A DNA stretch of 64,000 nucleotides from IMG/VR virus record IMGVR_UViG_3300048930_000918; one strand, 5' to 3'. The DNA is from a virus (taxonomy: Duplodnaviria > Heunggongvirae > Uroviricota > Caudoviricetes). Both the position numbers and the translations under genes were made by a program. Below the pieces are notes generated by a model. The model searched no databases. It was given only the letters and a program-made list of their open reading frames with translations, and had not been told where the DNA came from. Shown here one piece after another: positions 9,758 to 19,838 of this stretch (its first letter is position 1; each line of letters begins with the position of its first letter).

Positions 9758-10872
9758 CCTCTATTTTTAGCTTCTTCTAAGTCTTCAAGATGTACTTTTC
9801 CAGTTTTACCTGTTTTGATGTTAACGATAGCAACATAACCATTTTGATCTGGAATCGGTTGTGTTCCTTCTTCTGTCTCAGGTAAATCACTTATATCGTA
9901 AGCTATACCTTGGTCAGCACTTATATTAGCTGCTTGAGCTTCTAAAGCCATTTCTCTATTTAAATCTTTTAATTTTTCTTCTAACGTAGGTAAACTGTCT
10001 TTTTCATTAGGAAAAAATGGTGATAACCTATCATAAAAACCTTGTCCTAACACACCTTGTCCTTTTAAAGCTCTTTCAGCATTAACACGGAACTTACCCA
10101 GGGTAGCGTATAATAATTTTCGTTTGGCTGTTTCATCCTGATAATCTTTTATATCGAATACATCCCCTATGAAATCTTTAACAGGATTAGCTATAAATGA
10201 TACACCACCCATAGGGGCATATGTATTATTTTTTGTAATATCCTTTAAGTTTGACAACTCTGTGTCTATTTTATCAAGTTCATGTTGTGATGTATTAATA
10301 GCTTTTTTAACATTATTAGCTTTTCTCTGCTCTACCTTATCTAATTTTTTATAAGGTTTACCTTCATAATCAACAGTTTGCCCTACTCCATTAGCCATCT
10401 TAGCCATCAAAGACTGATTATGATAATCCCTTATCTCACCAAGCTTCTCATGCTCTAACGCCATTTTCTGATCGTTCATCTCTCTATTATAGGCATCCTG
10501 CTCCATACGAGCTGCTTTAGCTTCCTCACCCGCTCTAAACCTTCGTGCCATATCAGCGTGCAGACTATTCTGATGTTGAGCTGCCATCTCTGACTCATCA
10601 TAAGCTCTCATACCAGCGGGGACTCCTCTAGCTGCTGCGGCAAACTTACCCATAAAGCCTCTACCGGTAGGCGTCTGATCTTGGTTTAACGCCTCACTAA
10701 AACCCATTAAGCCGTTGCGGAACGCTCTATCTGATTGATCTTCATCAAGTGCTAAAGATTGTTTGGCACTTTTAACAGCACGCATCACACCCTCATCAAA
10801 AGGTGATTTCTTCTGCATATTCTGGTCAATATATGCCTGACGATCAAGCATGTCCTGGATGTATTTGCTCAT
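9742..10872 (-). CDS. phage virion protein (376 aa); paralog of 53328..54350
   Basis: ORF track. N-terminal ~140 aa nearly identical to 53328..54350 (MSKYIQDMLDRQAYIDQNMQKKSPFDEGVMRA...). Confidence 0.6.
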   Translation of the reverse strand: MSKYIQDMLDRQAYIDQNMQKKSPFDEGVMRAVKSAKQSLALDEDQSDRAFRNGLMGFSEALNQDQTPTGRGFMGKFAAAARGVPAGMRAYDESEMAAQHQNSLHADMARRFRAGEEAKAARMEQDAYNREMNDQKMALEHEKLGEIRDYHNQSLMAKMANGVGQTVDYEGKPYKKLDKVEQRKANNVKKAINTSQHELDKIDTELSNLKDITKNNTYAPMGGVSFIANPVKDFIGDVFDIKDYQDETAKRKLLYATLGKFRVNAERALKGQGVLGQGFYDRLSPFFPNEKDSLPTLEEKLKDLNREMALEAQAANISADQGIAYDISDLPETEEGTQPIPDQNGYVAIVNIKTGKTGKVHLEDLEEAKNRGWDLK

Positions 10873-10874
10873 AA

Positions 10875-11270
10875 TTAAAAGTTTAAAGGTGTTTCATTAA
10901 GTACGCTAAATGTTATTTCACAATCAAATAACTGACTAGGGCTATTTGAAAAACAAACCAGATTCTCAGTAACAATAGGATTAGTATTGCTATATTTAAG
11001 TATAAGCTGCATATCAAAATAAGCAATAACATCAACTGTTTGATATGATTTAACCTCAAATTCCTTAATTTTAAAAATACTAACAGGACTAGTTTGTACC
11101 CTATTCTTTTTTAAATTAAATCTTATTGGCTGATTACCTAAATTAACTAAAGAAATACCATTGATTATTAAAGTATGAGGATAATTTATCGAATCAGTAC
11201 CTATTAAAGTTGTTTGCCCGTTACTTAAATTAGCATATGGTAAAGGTTCATAATTTATAAATACCCCCAT
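10875..11270 (-). CDS. hypothetical phage protein (131 aa)
   Basis: ORF track. Start is 3 nt from the upstream stop. Confidence 0.45.
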   Translation of the reverse strand: MGVFINYEPLPYANLSNGQTTLIGTDSINYPHTLIINGISLVNLGNQPIRFNLKKNRVQTSPVSIFKIKEFEVKSYQTVDVIAYFDMQLILKYSNTNPIVTENLVCFSNSPSQLFDCEITFSVLNETPLNF

Positions 11271-11276
11271 AGATAT

Positions 11277-11504
11277 TTACCTGCAAATAGTATTTTTAAT
11301 CTCTTCCAAACTATTTTTCATATCTTCGCATAAGCTATTGATTAATGCGCATGAGTTTTTAAATTCTTCAGATTCTTTATTAGGATTATTTATAATTTGC
11401 GCTACCGCTGTTTTTACATTTTCCCATTCAATAGCAATATTGTTAACAATATTAGCCTTTTTCTTTTGTTCAGCTATTAAAGCTTTAATCTGTTCGTTGT
11501 TCAT
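11277..11504 (-). CDS. hypothetical small protein (75 aa)
   Basis: ORF track. Lies in the operon immediately downstream of the fibre gene. Confidence 0.4.
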   Translation of the reverse strand: MNNEQIKALIAEQKKKANIVNNIAIEWENVKTAVAQIINNPNKESEEFKNSCALINSLCEDMKNSLEEIKNTICR

Positions 11505-11519
11505 TTTACCTCTTTATTA

Positions 11520-14500
11520 TTAAATAATTCCAAAATAAATAGCACTGATAGATACGTTTTTAGCAGTAAGTGTTCCGCTAATAGCTCCTCCGGTACTATT
11601 AGATGCTGAGTAGTATAACTCAAAAGTGTCAAGATTAGAAATATTAGTTACAACACTAAATGATAAATATGCGTAATTACCGCTATAGCTAATTGAACTC
11701 ATTATATCAGTACCATTTTTATATAAAAAATACTTCTGATAAGCACTAGATGAAGTATGATAACTTACAATCGATACATTTATAAGTGCTCTGTACGTTT
11801 TATTTAAATTAGACGTAAATAAAGTAGGTGTATTAGGAGCTGCTCCTGTGTTAAAATTAGTTATGTCTCTATAAATCACATTGCTTGATTGAACAACTAC
11901 GTTAGATGTTGAACCTGAAGTAGAAACACCTATATTATTATCTGTCCATAGAAGACTTATTGAAGGTGGATTATCGATTATATTAGCACAACTAATTCTT
12001 CCGGTGCCTTCACCTACTATTAAATCCGTTCCATTTATACCTAAATTACAAGTATTGCTTGCGCTAGCTATAGAACCTGCTCCTATTGCTATTGCGTTTG
12101 TATAATTAACATCGGCAACATTTGCCTCTGATCCTATTGCTATATTAGTACTTCCTGTTTCATTACCAAAGAGGGCTCTGTACCCCAAAGCTACGTTATT
12201 AGAACCGGATGTATTATAATATAATGCTTCACGACCAATGGATGTGTTATATCCCCCTGTGGTATTTGAAAATAAAGATTGATAACCTAATGATGAGTTG
12301 TTTATTCCGTTAGTATTTGAATTTAATACTTGATAACCGATCGCCGTATTGTCATTACCATTTATATTAGACAACATTGACTCATGACCGAATACAATAT
12401 TTCTAGCACCTATAGTATTAGATGAAAGAGAACTAAATCCAAAAGCCAAATTACCATTACCTGTAGTATTACCTTGTAAAGCCTCTAGACCAAAAGCGTA
12501 ATTACTTTGACCGGTAGTATTGTTGTATAGAGCTTGCCATCCAAATGCTAAATTACCACTTGCTGTTGTATTAGCTTGCAAAGCTTCTTCACCGATAGCA
12601 ATGTTATAGTTTCCTGTTGTATTACTATATAAACTTTTTGTACCTATACCTAAATTAATATACCCTGTTGTATTACTATAAAGAGCTTGATATCCAAAAG
12701 CTGAATTTGAATATCCTGTTGTATTAGCTTGCATGGCTTGATAACCTAATGCCGAGTTACTTTCTGCACTGGTATTATTAAACAAAGAATTAAATCCAAC
12801 AGCAGTGTTATAAGACCCTGTTGTGTTATAATACAGAGCTTGATAACCAAAAGAACTGTTATGTCTACCTGTACTATTTGTAAATAGCGTATTATGTCCA
12901 AACGCACTATTAGCTATAGCCGTTGTGTTATTACGTAAGCTATTGAAACCGAATGCGCAGTTATTATAACCAGTTGTATTAGAAAATAAGGATTGGTAAC
13001 CAAAAGCATTGTTTGTCGAACCTTCAGCAGTACTATCATCATATGTAACATTATTATAAAGAGCTTGGTAACCGAAAGCAGAGTTATACAAACCTAAAGT
13101 GTTAGAATATAAAGCTTGATAACCAAAAGCCGACAAATTAGATTTTAAATTTCTATATAAAGATTGATATCCAAAAGCTACGTTATTACTAGTCGATACG
13201 TTATAATAAAGAGCCTCTGTTCCAAAAGCTGAGTTATTAGAACCTGATTCATTACTATATAATGTTTGATAACCATAAGCACAGTTACCTGATGATCCAA
13301 TATTATTTGTTAAAGACGAATTACCCACAGCACAGTTTGTACCTCCAGTAGTATTTGAATTTAATGAGTTTATACCATAAGCAACGTTGTTATTTCCATT
13401 TGTGTTAGAAGCTAAACTTTGTAACCCGTAAGCACAATTAAAAGAACCTCCTGAATTAGATATAAGAGATTGTGAACCAAAAGCACTATTAGCCGTTCCG
13501 CTTGTATTGGAAGTTAATACATCATAGCCGAATGCACAATTATTAGACCCATTTATATTACTATATAAAGCTCTATAACCAAAACCACTATTATTACCTC
13601 CTATTGTAGTAGAATATAGGGTTTGATACCCAAAAGCTGAATTGTTATCTGCTGATATATTAGAAAAAAGGCTTTGGTAACCAAAAGCTGAATGACCTTC
13701 ACCATTAGTGTTTTTATTCAAGGATTGATACCCAAAAGCTGAGTTGTTGTTAGTAGTATTATCTTTTAATGCTTCTACCCCAAAAGCGGCATTATTGCTT
13801 CCTCCCACATTAGAATGTAAAGAATTATAACCATATGCGCAATTATTGCTTCCTGATACATTAGAATATAAAGACTCAACCCCAAAAGAAGAGTTGCAAT
13901 CACTTCCTACGTTAGAAAAAAGAGAGCTATTACCGAACGCAGAATTATTATCACCTGTTGTATTAGAAAAAAGACTTTGATATCCATATGAGCTGTTACT
14001 TGCACCTATTGTATTTGAATACAAACTTTGATTACCAAAAGTAGAGTTATAACTAGCCGATACGTTAGAAAAAAGAGATTCTGTTCCAAAAGCACAATTA
14101 TATTCACCTGTAGTATTTGAATATAAAGTATGGTAACCTAAAGAAGAATTATTACTAGCAGTAGTTGAAGAATATAAAGCCCTATCACCAACAGCAACAT
14201 TACAACCACCTCCTATATTAGCTCTTAAGGATTGATAACCTATTGCTGTGTTAAAATCCCCGTCTACATTTGAATATAAAGCTTGATATGAATATGCCGA
14301 ATTATGTTCACCTATTGTATTAGAATATAAACTTTGATAACCGAAAGAAGAATTGTTACTACCGGAAACATTTGAGTTAAAAGCTTGAAATCCAAATGCA
14401 CTATTAGCTGTTCCTGACGTATTGAACTGTAAAGCCTGATAACCGAATGCTGAATTAAAACTATTAGTGTTGTAAAAAAGGCTTTGTGTTCCAAAAGCCG

Positions 14501-16007
14501 AATTACCATTACCTATTAAGTTATTACGTAATGTTTCTAATCCGAAAGCAACGTTATCACTACCTCCGGTATTATTTAACAAAGAATCTATACCGAAACA
14601 ATGATTGTCATTACCTGTAGTATTTGCGTTACCTGCATTTATACCTAAAAATATATTATTACTTACATTTTTTAATGTAACATTAGACCAGTTAGGGCTT
14701 GTCGAAGCTCCTGATATAAATAACCTATTAGCTAGAACAGGAACAGCCAAACTAACAATGGAATCACTAGCTCCGCCTATTAAAACTGAGTTATTTGTAA
14801 CGTTTTGAATAGCTACGTTAGTTAAACCTAAATTAGCTCTTGATGTAGAAACGTCATCAACATCAGATAAATTATTAAGTACTTGTAAGAAACTAGAAGG
14901 CCCGTATGCAAATTTTATAAAACTTATAGGGTCTGTTCCAACTGTTGTAACAACAAGTGTCTCAAGCCAAATAGTAGTATAGTTTATAGTACCTACTTCG
15001 ACAGGTATAATTGTCCCCGGATGTATCTCAATATCAGTGTCATAATCAGTAGAACGAGTTAATACCCATGCCGTTGAACCATCACCGACAACTGTTACAA
15101 CGTAGATACCATTTTCATATTGAGTGGTTTGATCTTTAACAAGAATCCTATCATTAACGCTAACAGCTTCATCATCAATTACTAATGCAGCTAAAGCACC
15201 TGAATTAGTAAGTGTAGCACCTACTCCTGATGTACCATTGCTATAAGTACCCGTTAAATTAGCTGTAGTAGCTGCGTAACAAGGAGCTCTAAAACTAAAA
15301 CCGGCAGCAATAGCGTCCACATAACCTTTATTTGCGGCTTGTTGATCCAATACCGGAGCTGGTACAAGTAATGGTACGTCATTTGCAAAAGTAACAGTTG
15401 TATCGGTTCCACCTGTGTTTTCAACAGTAAATACGTTTTGAACTGATCCTAAATTGTTAATCAAATTAAAATTAAAAGTTCCGTATTCCGTGTTTAAATA
15501 AGGAGTATCTTGTAAAAATTGATATTTATAACCGTTATTATTTACAAAATTAAACTCTGTTAAAGAAGATTCCCCAGGATCATTAGCATTAAAATTATTT
15601 AATAAATTAAAAGAAACAGGTTGAACCGCTACTGCGCTGTAAGAAATAGTTTGAGTCGAACCTTGTACGTTTATAACAGGAGGTACTGTTATAGGTACAT
15701 TAAAAGTTATTGTATTATCGTTATTAAAACTAATAAAATCAAATCCGGTAGGACTTGCTCCAACGTAACTTTGAATTGTTAATTTACCAATAGTATCGGT
15801 ATCATTAGTAGCGTGAATCCACCTAAAACCCGATAAAGTATTATTCCTAAATTCAAAACTTGTTTGAGGTGTAATTAAACTTGTCGGAACAAACAGGTTT
15901 TGTAACTGAAACGAAGAAGCAGGTTGATTGAAAATAAATTGTTGTGTATCCCCAAGGATGGATAACGCAGGTGTTATCCCGGATACTGTTATACTGCTCA
16001 TGGCCAT
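11520..16007 (-). CDS. giant tail fibre / adhesin-like protein (1495 aa) with a beta-solenoid-type repeat array
   Basis: ORF track. About 45 tandem 17-residue repeats with consensus N-S-A-F-G-Y-Q-[AS]-L-x-S-N-T-x-G-x-x over roughly aa 470-1250. Distinct N- and C-terminal domains. Positioned beside the coiled-coil fibre gene. Confidence 0.7.
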   Translation of the reverse strand: MAMSSITVSGITPALSILGDTQQFIFNQPASSFQLQNLFVPTSLITPQTSFEFRNNTLSGFRWIHATNDTDTIGKLTIQSYVGASPTGFDFISFNNDNTITFNVPITVPPVINVQGSTQTISYSAVAVQPVSFNLLNNFNANDPGESSLTEFNFVNNNGYKYQFLQDTPYLNTEYGTFNFNLINNLGSVQNVFTVENTGGTDTTVTFANDVPLLVPAPVLDQQAANKGYVDAIAAGFSFRAPCYAATTANLTGTYSNGTSGVGATLTNSGALAALVIDDEAVSVNDRILVKDQTTQYENGIYVVTVVGDGSTAWVLTRSTDYDTDIEIHPGTIIPVEVGTINYTTIWLETLVVTTVGTDPISFIKFAYGPSSFLQVLNNLSDVDDVSTSRANLGLTNVAIQNVTNNSVLIGGASDSIVSLAVPVLANRLFISGASTSPNWSNVTLKNVSNNIFLGINAGNANTTGNDNHCFGIDSLLNNTGGSDNVAFGLETLRNNLIGNGNSAFGTQSLFYNTNSFNSAFGYQALQFNTSGTANSAFGFQAFNSNVSGSNNSSFGYQSLYSNTIGEHNSAYSYQALYSNVDGDFNTAIGYQSLRANIGGGCNVAVGDRALYSSTTASNNSSLGYHTLYSNTTGEYNCAFGTESLFSNVSASYNSTFGNQSLYSNTIGASNSSYGYQSLFSNTTGDNNSAFGNSSLFSNVGSDCNSSFGVESLYSNVSGSNNCAYGYNSLHSNVGGSNNAAFGVEALKDNTTNNNSAFGYQSLNKNTNGEGHSAFGYQSLFSNISADNNSAFGYQTLYSTTIGGNNSGFGYRALYSNINGSNNCAFGYDVLTSNTSGTANSAFGSQSLISNSGGSFNCAYGLQSLASNTNGNNNVAYGINSLNSNTTGGTNCAVGNSSLTNNIGSSGNCAYGYQTLYSNESGSNNSAFGTEALYYNVSTSNNVAFGYQSLYRNLKSNLSAFGYQALYSNTLGLYNSAFGYQALYNNVTYDDSTAEGSTNNAFGYQSLFSNTTGYNNCAFGFNSLRNNTTAIANSAFGHNTLFTNSTGRHNSSFGYQALYYNTTGSYNTAVGFNSLFNNTSAESNSALGYQAMQANTTGYSNSAFGYQALYSNTTGYINLGIGTKSLYSNTTGNYNIAIGEEALQANTTASGNLAFGWQALYNNTTGQSNYAFGLEALQGNTTGNGNLAFGFSSLSSNTIGARNIVFGHESMLSNINGNDNTAIGYQVLNSNTNGINNSSLGYQSLFSNTTGGYNTSIGREALYYNTSGSNNVALGYRALFGNETGSTNIAIGSEANVADVNYTNAIAIGAGSIASASNTCNLGINGTDLIVGEGTGRISCANIIDNPPSISLLWTDNNIGVSTSGSTSNVVVQSSNVIYRDITNFNTGAAPNTPTLFTSNLNKTYRALINVSIVSYHTSSSAYQKYFLYKNGTDIMSSISYSGNYAYLSFSVVTNISNLDTFELYYSASNSTGGAISGTLTAKNVSISAIYFGII
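12250..14600 (-). repeat. in-frame 51-nt tandem coding repeat array (about 45 units) inside the 1495-aa gene
   Basis: Periodicity is visible in the translated protein (..NSAFGYQALYSNTTG..). Spurious antisense ORFs 14312..14509 and 14605..14808 fall inside it. Confidence 0.7.
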
Positions 16008-17230
16008 AATATTTCTACCCTATCGTGCATTAAATCCCAAAGAAAAGTAAAACTAACTGCGTCAAAATCTTCATCCGGGTTTTGTTGTAAATTCTTAACT
16101 CTATCACCACCCATGTCTAAATCACCGGGTGTTCTTATTGTGTCTATAACCCCTGCTATAGGCGGTCCACCTTCCACAAATCCGGTTATTGTAATATTAG
16201 TAGCTGTTCCTATAGCTGCTTCCAATGTTTGTAAATTAACTCCGTCTGTCGGGTTAACAGGATTAGCTAGATTTATTAATTTATAATTGTAAAAAGAGAC
16301 ATCACCGTCAGCAGGTATGGTGTTTAGTCTTAGATTATCAATTCTATTATTCAAGTCTGTTATTTGTCCATCAATAATAGCTACCTGAGCCTGAAGAGCT
16401 GTTACCGCCGCATCTAAAGCTACTACTTGTGCTTGAAGAGCAGTTACTGCAGCGTCTAATGCTGCAATTTGACCCTGTAATGCTAATATTTCACCTTCTA
16501 TAAAATCTACTTCTAGTTCTAACTCATCAACATCAATCTCAAGTAAACTTAAGTCATCTGACTTTTCTGTAATTGCCTCAAAAGAAGAGTTAAGAGCACC
16601 CCTCCATATTTTACCTCTACCCTCTATTAACGGGTGTTCAACTCCGGTATATACTCCTAAATCCGGTAAGTTACTTTCATCTATTTGCTTTTCAGCCTCA
16701 GGTCTATTGCTTCCGTTACCCCTCCATATTCGGTTATGATCTAATCCAGGTAGATTTCCAGTTTTAATAGTACTTGCAGCAGCAGGTCTTCCACTACTAT
16801 TACCTAGCCATAATTTATTTTCGGCTAGGTTAGCCATATTAGCTAAAGGTAAAATAATAGTTTCTTTAGGTCTGTTATTATCATCACCTATCCAAACATT
16901 ACCTTGTGTTAAATTAGGAAGAGAAGAAGGAGGTATGACACCTGTTGTGCTAACAATACCTGCCGTGTTATATAAAATTCCGTCTGCTAAACTATTTAAA
17001 ACCTGAGCATTCGGTAACTGTGAATTTGGAAAACCTATAATAAAAGAAGCTGAAGCACAAACGCTATAATCACGTCTTAAATTTATTAAATCTAATCTTA
17101 AATCAATTAATGCCGGTGAAGGGGTAGCTATTCCTTGTCTGTTACCAACTAAAGCATAGTTATAGTCAGCAAGAACCCTGCCTGTAACAGGTGATATAAA
17201 ATTATGTAAAATATCAAACTTAATTTTCAT
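15998..17230 (-). CDS. tail fibre-like protein with trimeric coiled-coil segment (410 aa)
   Basis: ORF track. Heptad-repeat segment LQGQIAALDAAVTALQAQVVALDAAVTALQAQVAIIDGQITDL. Overlaps the fibre gene by 10 nt. Confidence 0.55.
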   Translation of the reverse strand: MKIKFDILHNFISPVTGRVLADYNYALVGNRQGIATPSPALIDLRLDLINLRRDYSVCASASFIIGFPNSQLPNAQVLNSLADGILYNTAGIVSTTGVIPPSSLPNLTQGNVWIGDDNNRPKETIILPLANMANLAENKLWLGNSSGRPAAASTIKTGNLPGLDHNRIWRGNGSNRPEAEKQIDESNLPDLGVYTGVEHPLIEGRGKIWRGALNSSFEAITEKSDDLSLLEIDVDELELEVDFIEGEILALQGQIAALDAAVTALQAQVVALDAAVTALQAQVAIIDGQITDLNNRIDNLRLNTIPADGDVSFYNYKLINLANPVNPTDGVNLQTLEAAIGTATNITITGFVEGGPPIAGVIDTIRTPGDLDMGGDRVKNLQQNPDEDFDAVSFTFLWDLMHDRVEILWP

Positions 17231-18300
17231 GCTGTTAGATGCCCTAAAAATGTAGTTATATTATCTATATCATTGCTGAACCATGTTGCAGCTGTATCTT
17301 CGTAATATTCCAATATTTCATCTGTTGTATTATCTAATTCAGTATCTAAATTAATATCCAGGTTAGGTTGAAACCTGTAATAATATAAATTATTAAGGCT
17401 GTAAGTAGCTTCAAGATATAAATTTTTAGAAATTGATTCTTGACCGCCTGTACCGGATATATCAAATAGAGAAAATAAATTAGGTATGCTAATAATAGGA
17501 TCAGCACTCGCTCCAAGTAATGTTGTTGGCGCATCATCGTCAAAACCCATTTCACCAAGTCCTGTTCCTATAGATAAAACACAACATCTATTAGCAGTAG
17601 GTTTTAAAATAGTAGCTAGGTTTCTGCCAAAAGAAGAAGGGTTGTTTTGATAAACTCCTCCATCTATAAATCTACCATTTAAAGTTCCGGGTGCAGTTCC
17701 GTTTAAAACAATAGAAGGTAAGTAAAAAGGAGCAGCTGAAGTAACTAAAGCAACATTACTGATTAATTCGTTTTGTCCAACAAAATCAATATAGTTAGCA
17801 TTAGAACATAATGTATATGTACCTGTGTCTATGTTACTTGTTCCTTCTCTAAAATTAACTTTATAAGTAGGAATAATACTATTAGTAAGTAAATCCTGCA
17901 TTGTCATAGAACCAAACAAAGATTGTATTTGAGAAGTAAGTAATGCTGATCCGTAACCAGTACCTGGATCTGTTGCGTAAAAAGGAACACCTGAAATAGT
18001 TAAAGAATATATTTTATCAGCAGTAGTTGCTACATTAGAGGGAGTGCCGTTTGTGCTGAAAATAAGTTTACCTTGAGTTGTAAATAAAGGAGATAAATCA
18101 TCAGTACTTTTACCGATAGCTAAAGCAAGTGCCATCATACCACCTATGGAAGTGCCGCATATAACATCAAAATATTTCCATAATTCATTAGGATTAATTC
18201 CCCATAACTGAACAAATTGAGATAAGAAATTAAGAGATAGATATCCTCTCTCCCCTCCTCCGTCTAACTCTAATATTCTAAGTGTGTATGGATCAGACAT
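17227..18300 (-). CDS. patatin-like phospholipase (357 aa)
   Basis: ORF track. Oxyanion-hole motif DGGGERG, nucleophile elbow G-T-S-I-G (GxSxG), and catalytic Asp motif IDGGVYQNNP (DGG). ATGA overlap with the downstream fibre gene. Confidence 0.8.
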   Translation of the reverse strand: MSDPYTLRILELDGGGERGYLSLNFLSQFVQLWGINPNELWKYFDVICGTSIGGMMALALAIGKSTDDLSPLFTTQGKLIFSTNGTPSNVATTADKIYSLTISGVPFYATDPGTGYGSALLTSQIQSLFGSMTMQDLLTNSIIPTYKVNFREGTSNIDTGTYTLCSNANYIDFVGQNELISNVALVTSAAPFYLPSIVLNGTAPGTLNGRFIDGGVYQNNPSSFGRNLATILKPTANRCCVLSIGTGLGEMGFDDDAPTTLLGASADPIISIPNLFSLFDISGTGGQESISKNLYLEATYSLNNLYYYRFQPNLDINLDTELDNTTDEILEYYEDTAATWFSNDIDNITTFLGHLTA

Positions 18301-18508
18301 CTAATATGCTACCTATTAAACTTGTATTTTCTTCAGCTTGGTCATCACAACATTTAAAACAACAATCGTACTTATTCTCATTATGAACAACCGGTTTAGT
18401 TGAATGATAAATTTTAGCGGCTATATCTCTTTCCCAATAAAAAATTACTCTATGACAAATATTAAATATAGGTGAAGTTATTAACCTGCAAACACTGAGT
18501 AAAAACAT
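18293..18508 (-). CDS. small Cys-rich protein (71 aa)
   Basis: ORF track. Contains a CCFKCCDD cluster. Confidence 0.35.
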   Translation of the reverse strand: MFLLSVCRLITSPIFNICHRVIFYWERDIAAKIYHSTKPVVHNENKYDCCFKCCDDQAEENTSLIGSILDV

Positions 18509-18518
18509 TTCATACCTG

Positions 18519-18749
18519 TTAATTATTAACCAATGGTCCTACTGTAAAAGGTCTTGGATTTGTTACAGGTTTAGGATCGTCTTTTACTAAAGGCGTTCTT
18601 AATTGTTCATTAGGTTTATCAAGTTCATCTATCCCTACCCATAAACCTGTCCATATCTTATGATTACCCGCCCATTCATATTGCTTATGTAATTCTTCAT
18701 ACATTTTCCAGCTTCGGTCGCACTGATAACGCCTTTTTTCAATTCTCAT
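18519..18749 (-). CDS. hypothetical small protein (76 aa)
   Basis: ORF track. Overlaps the upstream gene by 11 nt. Confidence 0.35.
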   Translation of the reverse strand: MRIEKRRYQCDRSWKMYEELHKQYEWAGNHKIWTGLWVGIDELDKPNEQLRTPLVKDDPKPVTNPRPFTVGPLVNN

Positions 18750-19824
18750 AATAACTATTTAAATCATATCCTATTGTCATATCAACATTCTCACTATCGT
18801 TAGATGTTGCTAGTGTAAAGACTTCATCATATTGAGCTTTGAAAACATCTGCCATTTCCGGTTTATACTTAACGGAAAGCATCCATGTAAGACCTGCTGC
18901 TAAAGCTGGATACATACGAGCCGGCACTGATGTTGTATTATAAAACTCACCTGCATCGTACATTGTTTTTACAAACGAATACTGTAGCACCAGATAATCG
19001 TTAGTCGGAGTGGGCCAAAGATTAATATTCGGTGATAATGATTTATCAAAATAATAAGTAGTCGGTCTTCCTTGGAGATACTTTTGGGAAAAAGATAAAT
19101 AAGTATCACGGCTAACAGGACTTATTTTTAAATCTATTGTGTTATTTCCAAAATATATTTCCTGTATGTCTAATGTAGCTCCTCCTATTTCTCTAACTCT
19201 ATATGTCATTGCTGATACGGGTGTTATAACATCTGCCCATCTAGTTACTCCTGTCTGATACTCATAAGGATGAGTCCAATCAACATTTAAAGTTGACCAG
19301 TTAGCATTATCGTTAGAATATTCAATGACTAAATTATAATTAGTGTTTGTATTTGACCTAACACCTATAAACGTGATCGATTTAGATACACCCGGTCCAT
19401 ACGTATAAGATATATTGCCGTCAGCAACGTTTTGAACGCATGAAGTGGAAAAGTCATTGTCAAAAGCAGATAGAGGATTACCGCCTCCATTGTTATCATA
19501 TGTATTCGCTGTATTTGATTGTGCTGTTCCATTTAATTGTCTTGTAAAAGTTCTCTGTAATACCTCTAGAATATCTGTAATTGATGTACCAAGTGTATAT
19601 CTGGATTGTCCCGTATTTAGAGGTAAATACTCTTTGTTTATTGTCCAAAGATTAATGCTCTTACTAATCCAGTCAAGAAGAAGAAAATTAAGACTTCTTC
19701 TTGCTGATTGTAGTTGAACAGGTACTAATTGATCACCGGCAAAACCGATTCTCTCAAAACATTCGAGAATAAGATCATCGTTTTCAAGTGATTGAAAATT
19801 ATAAGTACCTGATACAATAGCCAT
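18739..19824 (-). CDS. putative tail tubular protein A / adaptor (T7 gp11-like N-terminus) (361 aa)
   Basis: ORF track. The N-terminal segment (ILECFERIGFAGD...ARRSLNFLLLDWISKSINLWTIN) resembles the T7 gp11 N-terminus as I recall it (ILASIGEP...ARRILNKINRQIQSRGWTF). This is an unaligned, from-memory comparison. Confidence 0.4.
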   Translation of the reverse strand: MAIVSGTYNFQSLENDDLILECFERIGFAGDQLVPVQLQSARRSLNFLLLDWISKSINLWTINKEYLPLNTGQSRYTLGTSITDILEVLQRTFTRQLNGTAQSNTANTYDNNGGGNPLSAFDNDFSTSCVQNVADGNISYTYGPGVSKSITFIGVRSNTNTNYNLVIEYSNDNANWSTLNVDWTHPYEYQTGVTRWADVITPVSAMTYRVREIGGATLDIQEIYFGNNTIDLKISPVSRDTYLSFSQKYLQGRPTTYYFDKSLSPNINLWPTPTNDYLVLQYSFVKTMYDAGEFYNTTSVPARMYPALAAGLTWMLSVKYKPEMADVFKAQYDEVFTLATSNDSENVDMTIGYDLNSYYEN

Positions 19825-19838
19825 TTTACGTAAATAAA

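Noticed and set aside
14312-14808. ORFs 14312..14509 (-) and 14605..14808 (+)
   Set aside because: Both fall inside the 51-nt repeat array of the 1495-aa gene and are alternative-frame or antisense reads of the repeats.
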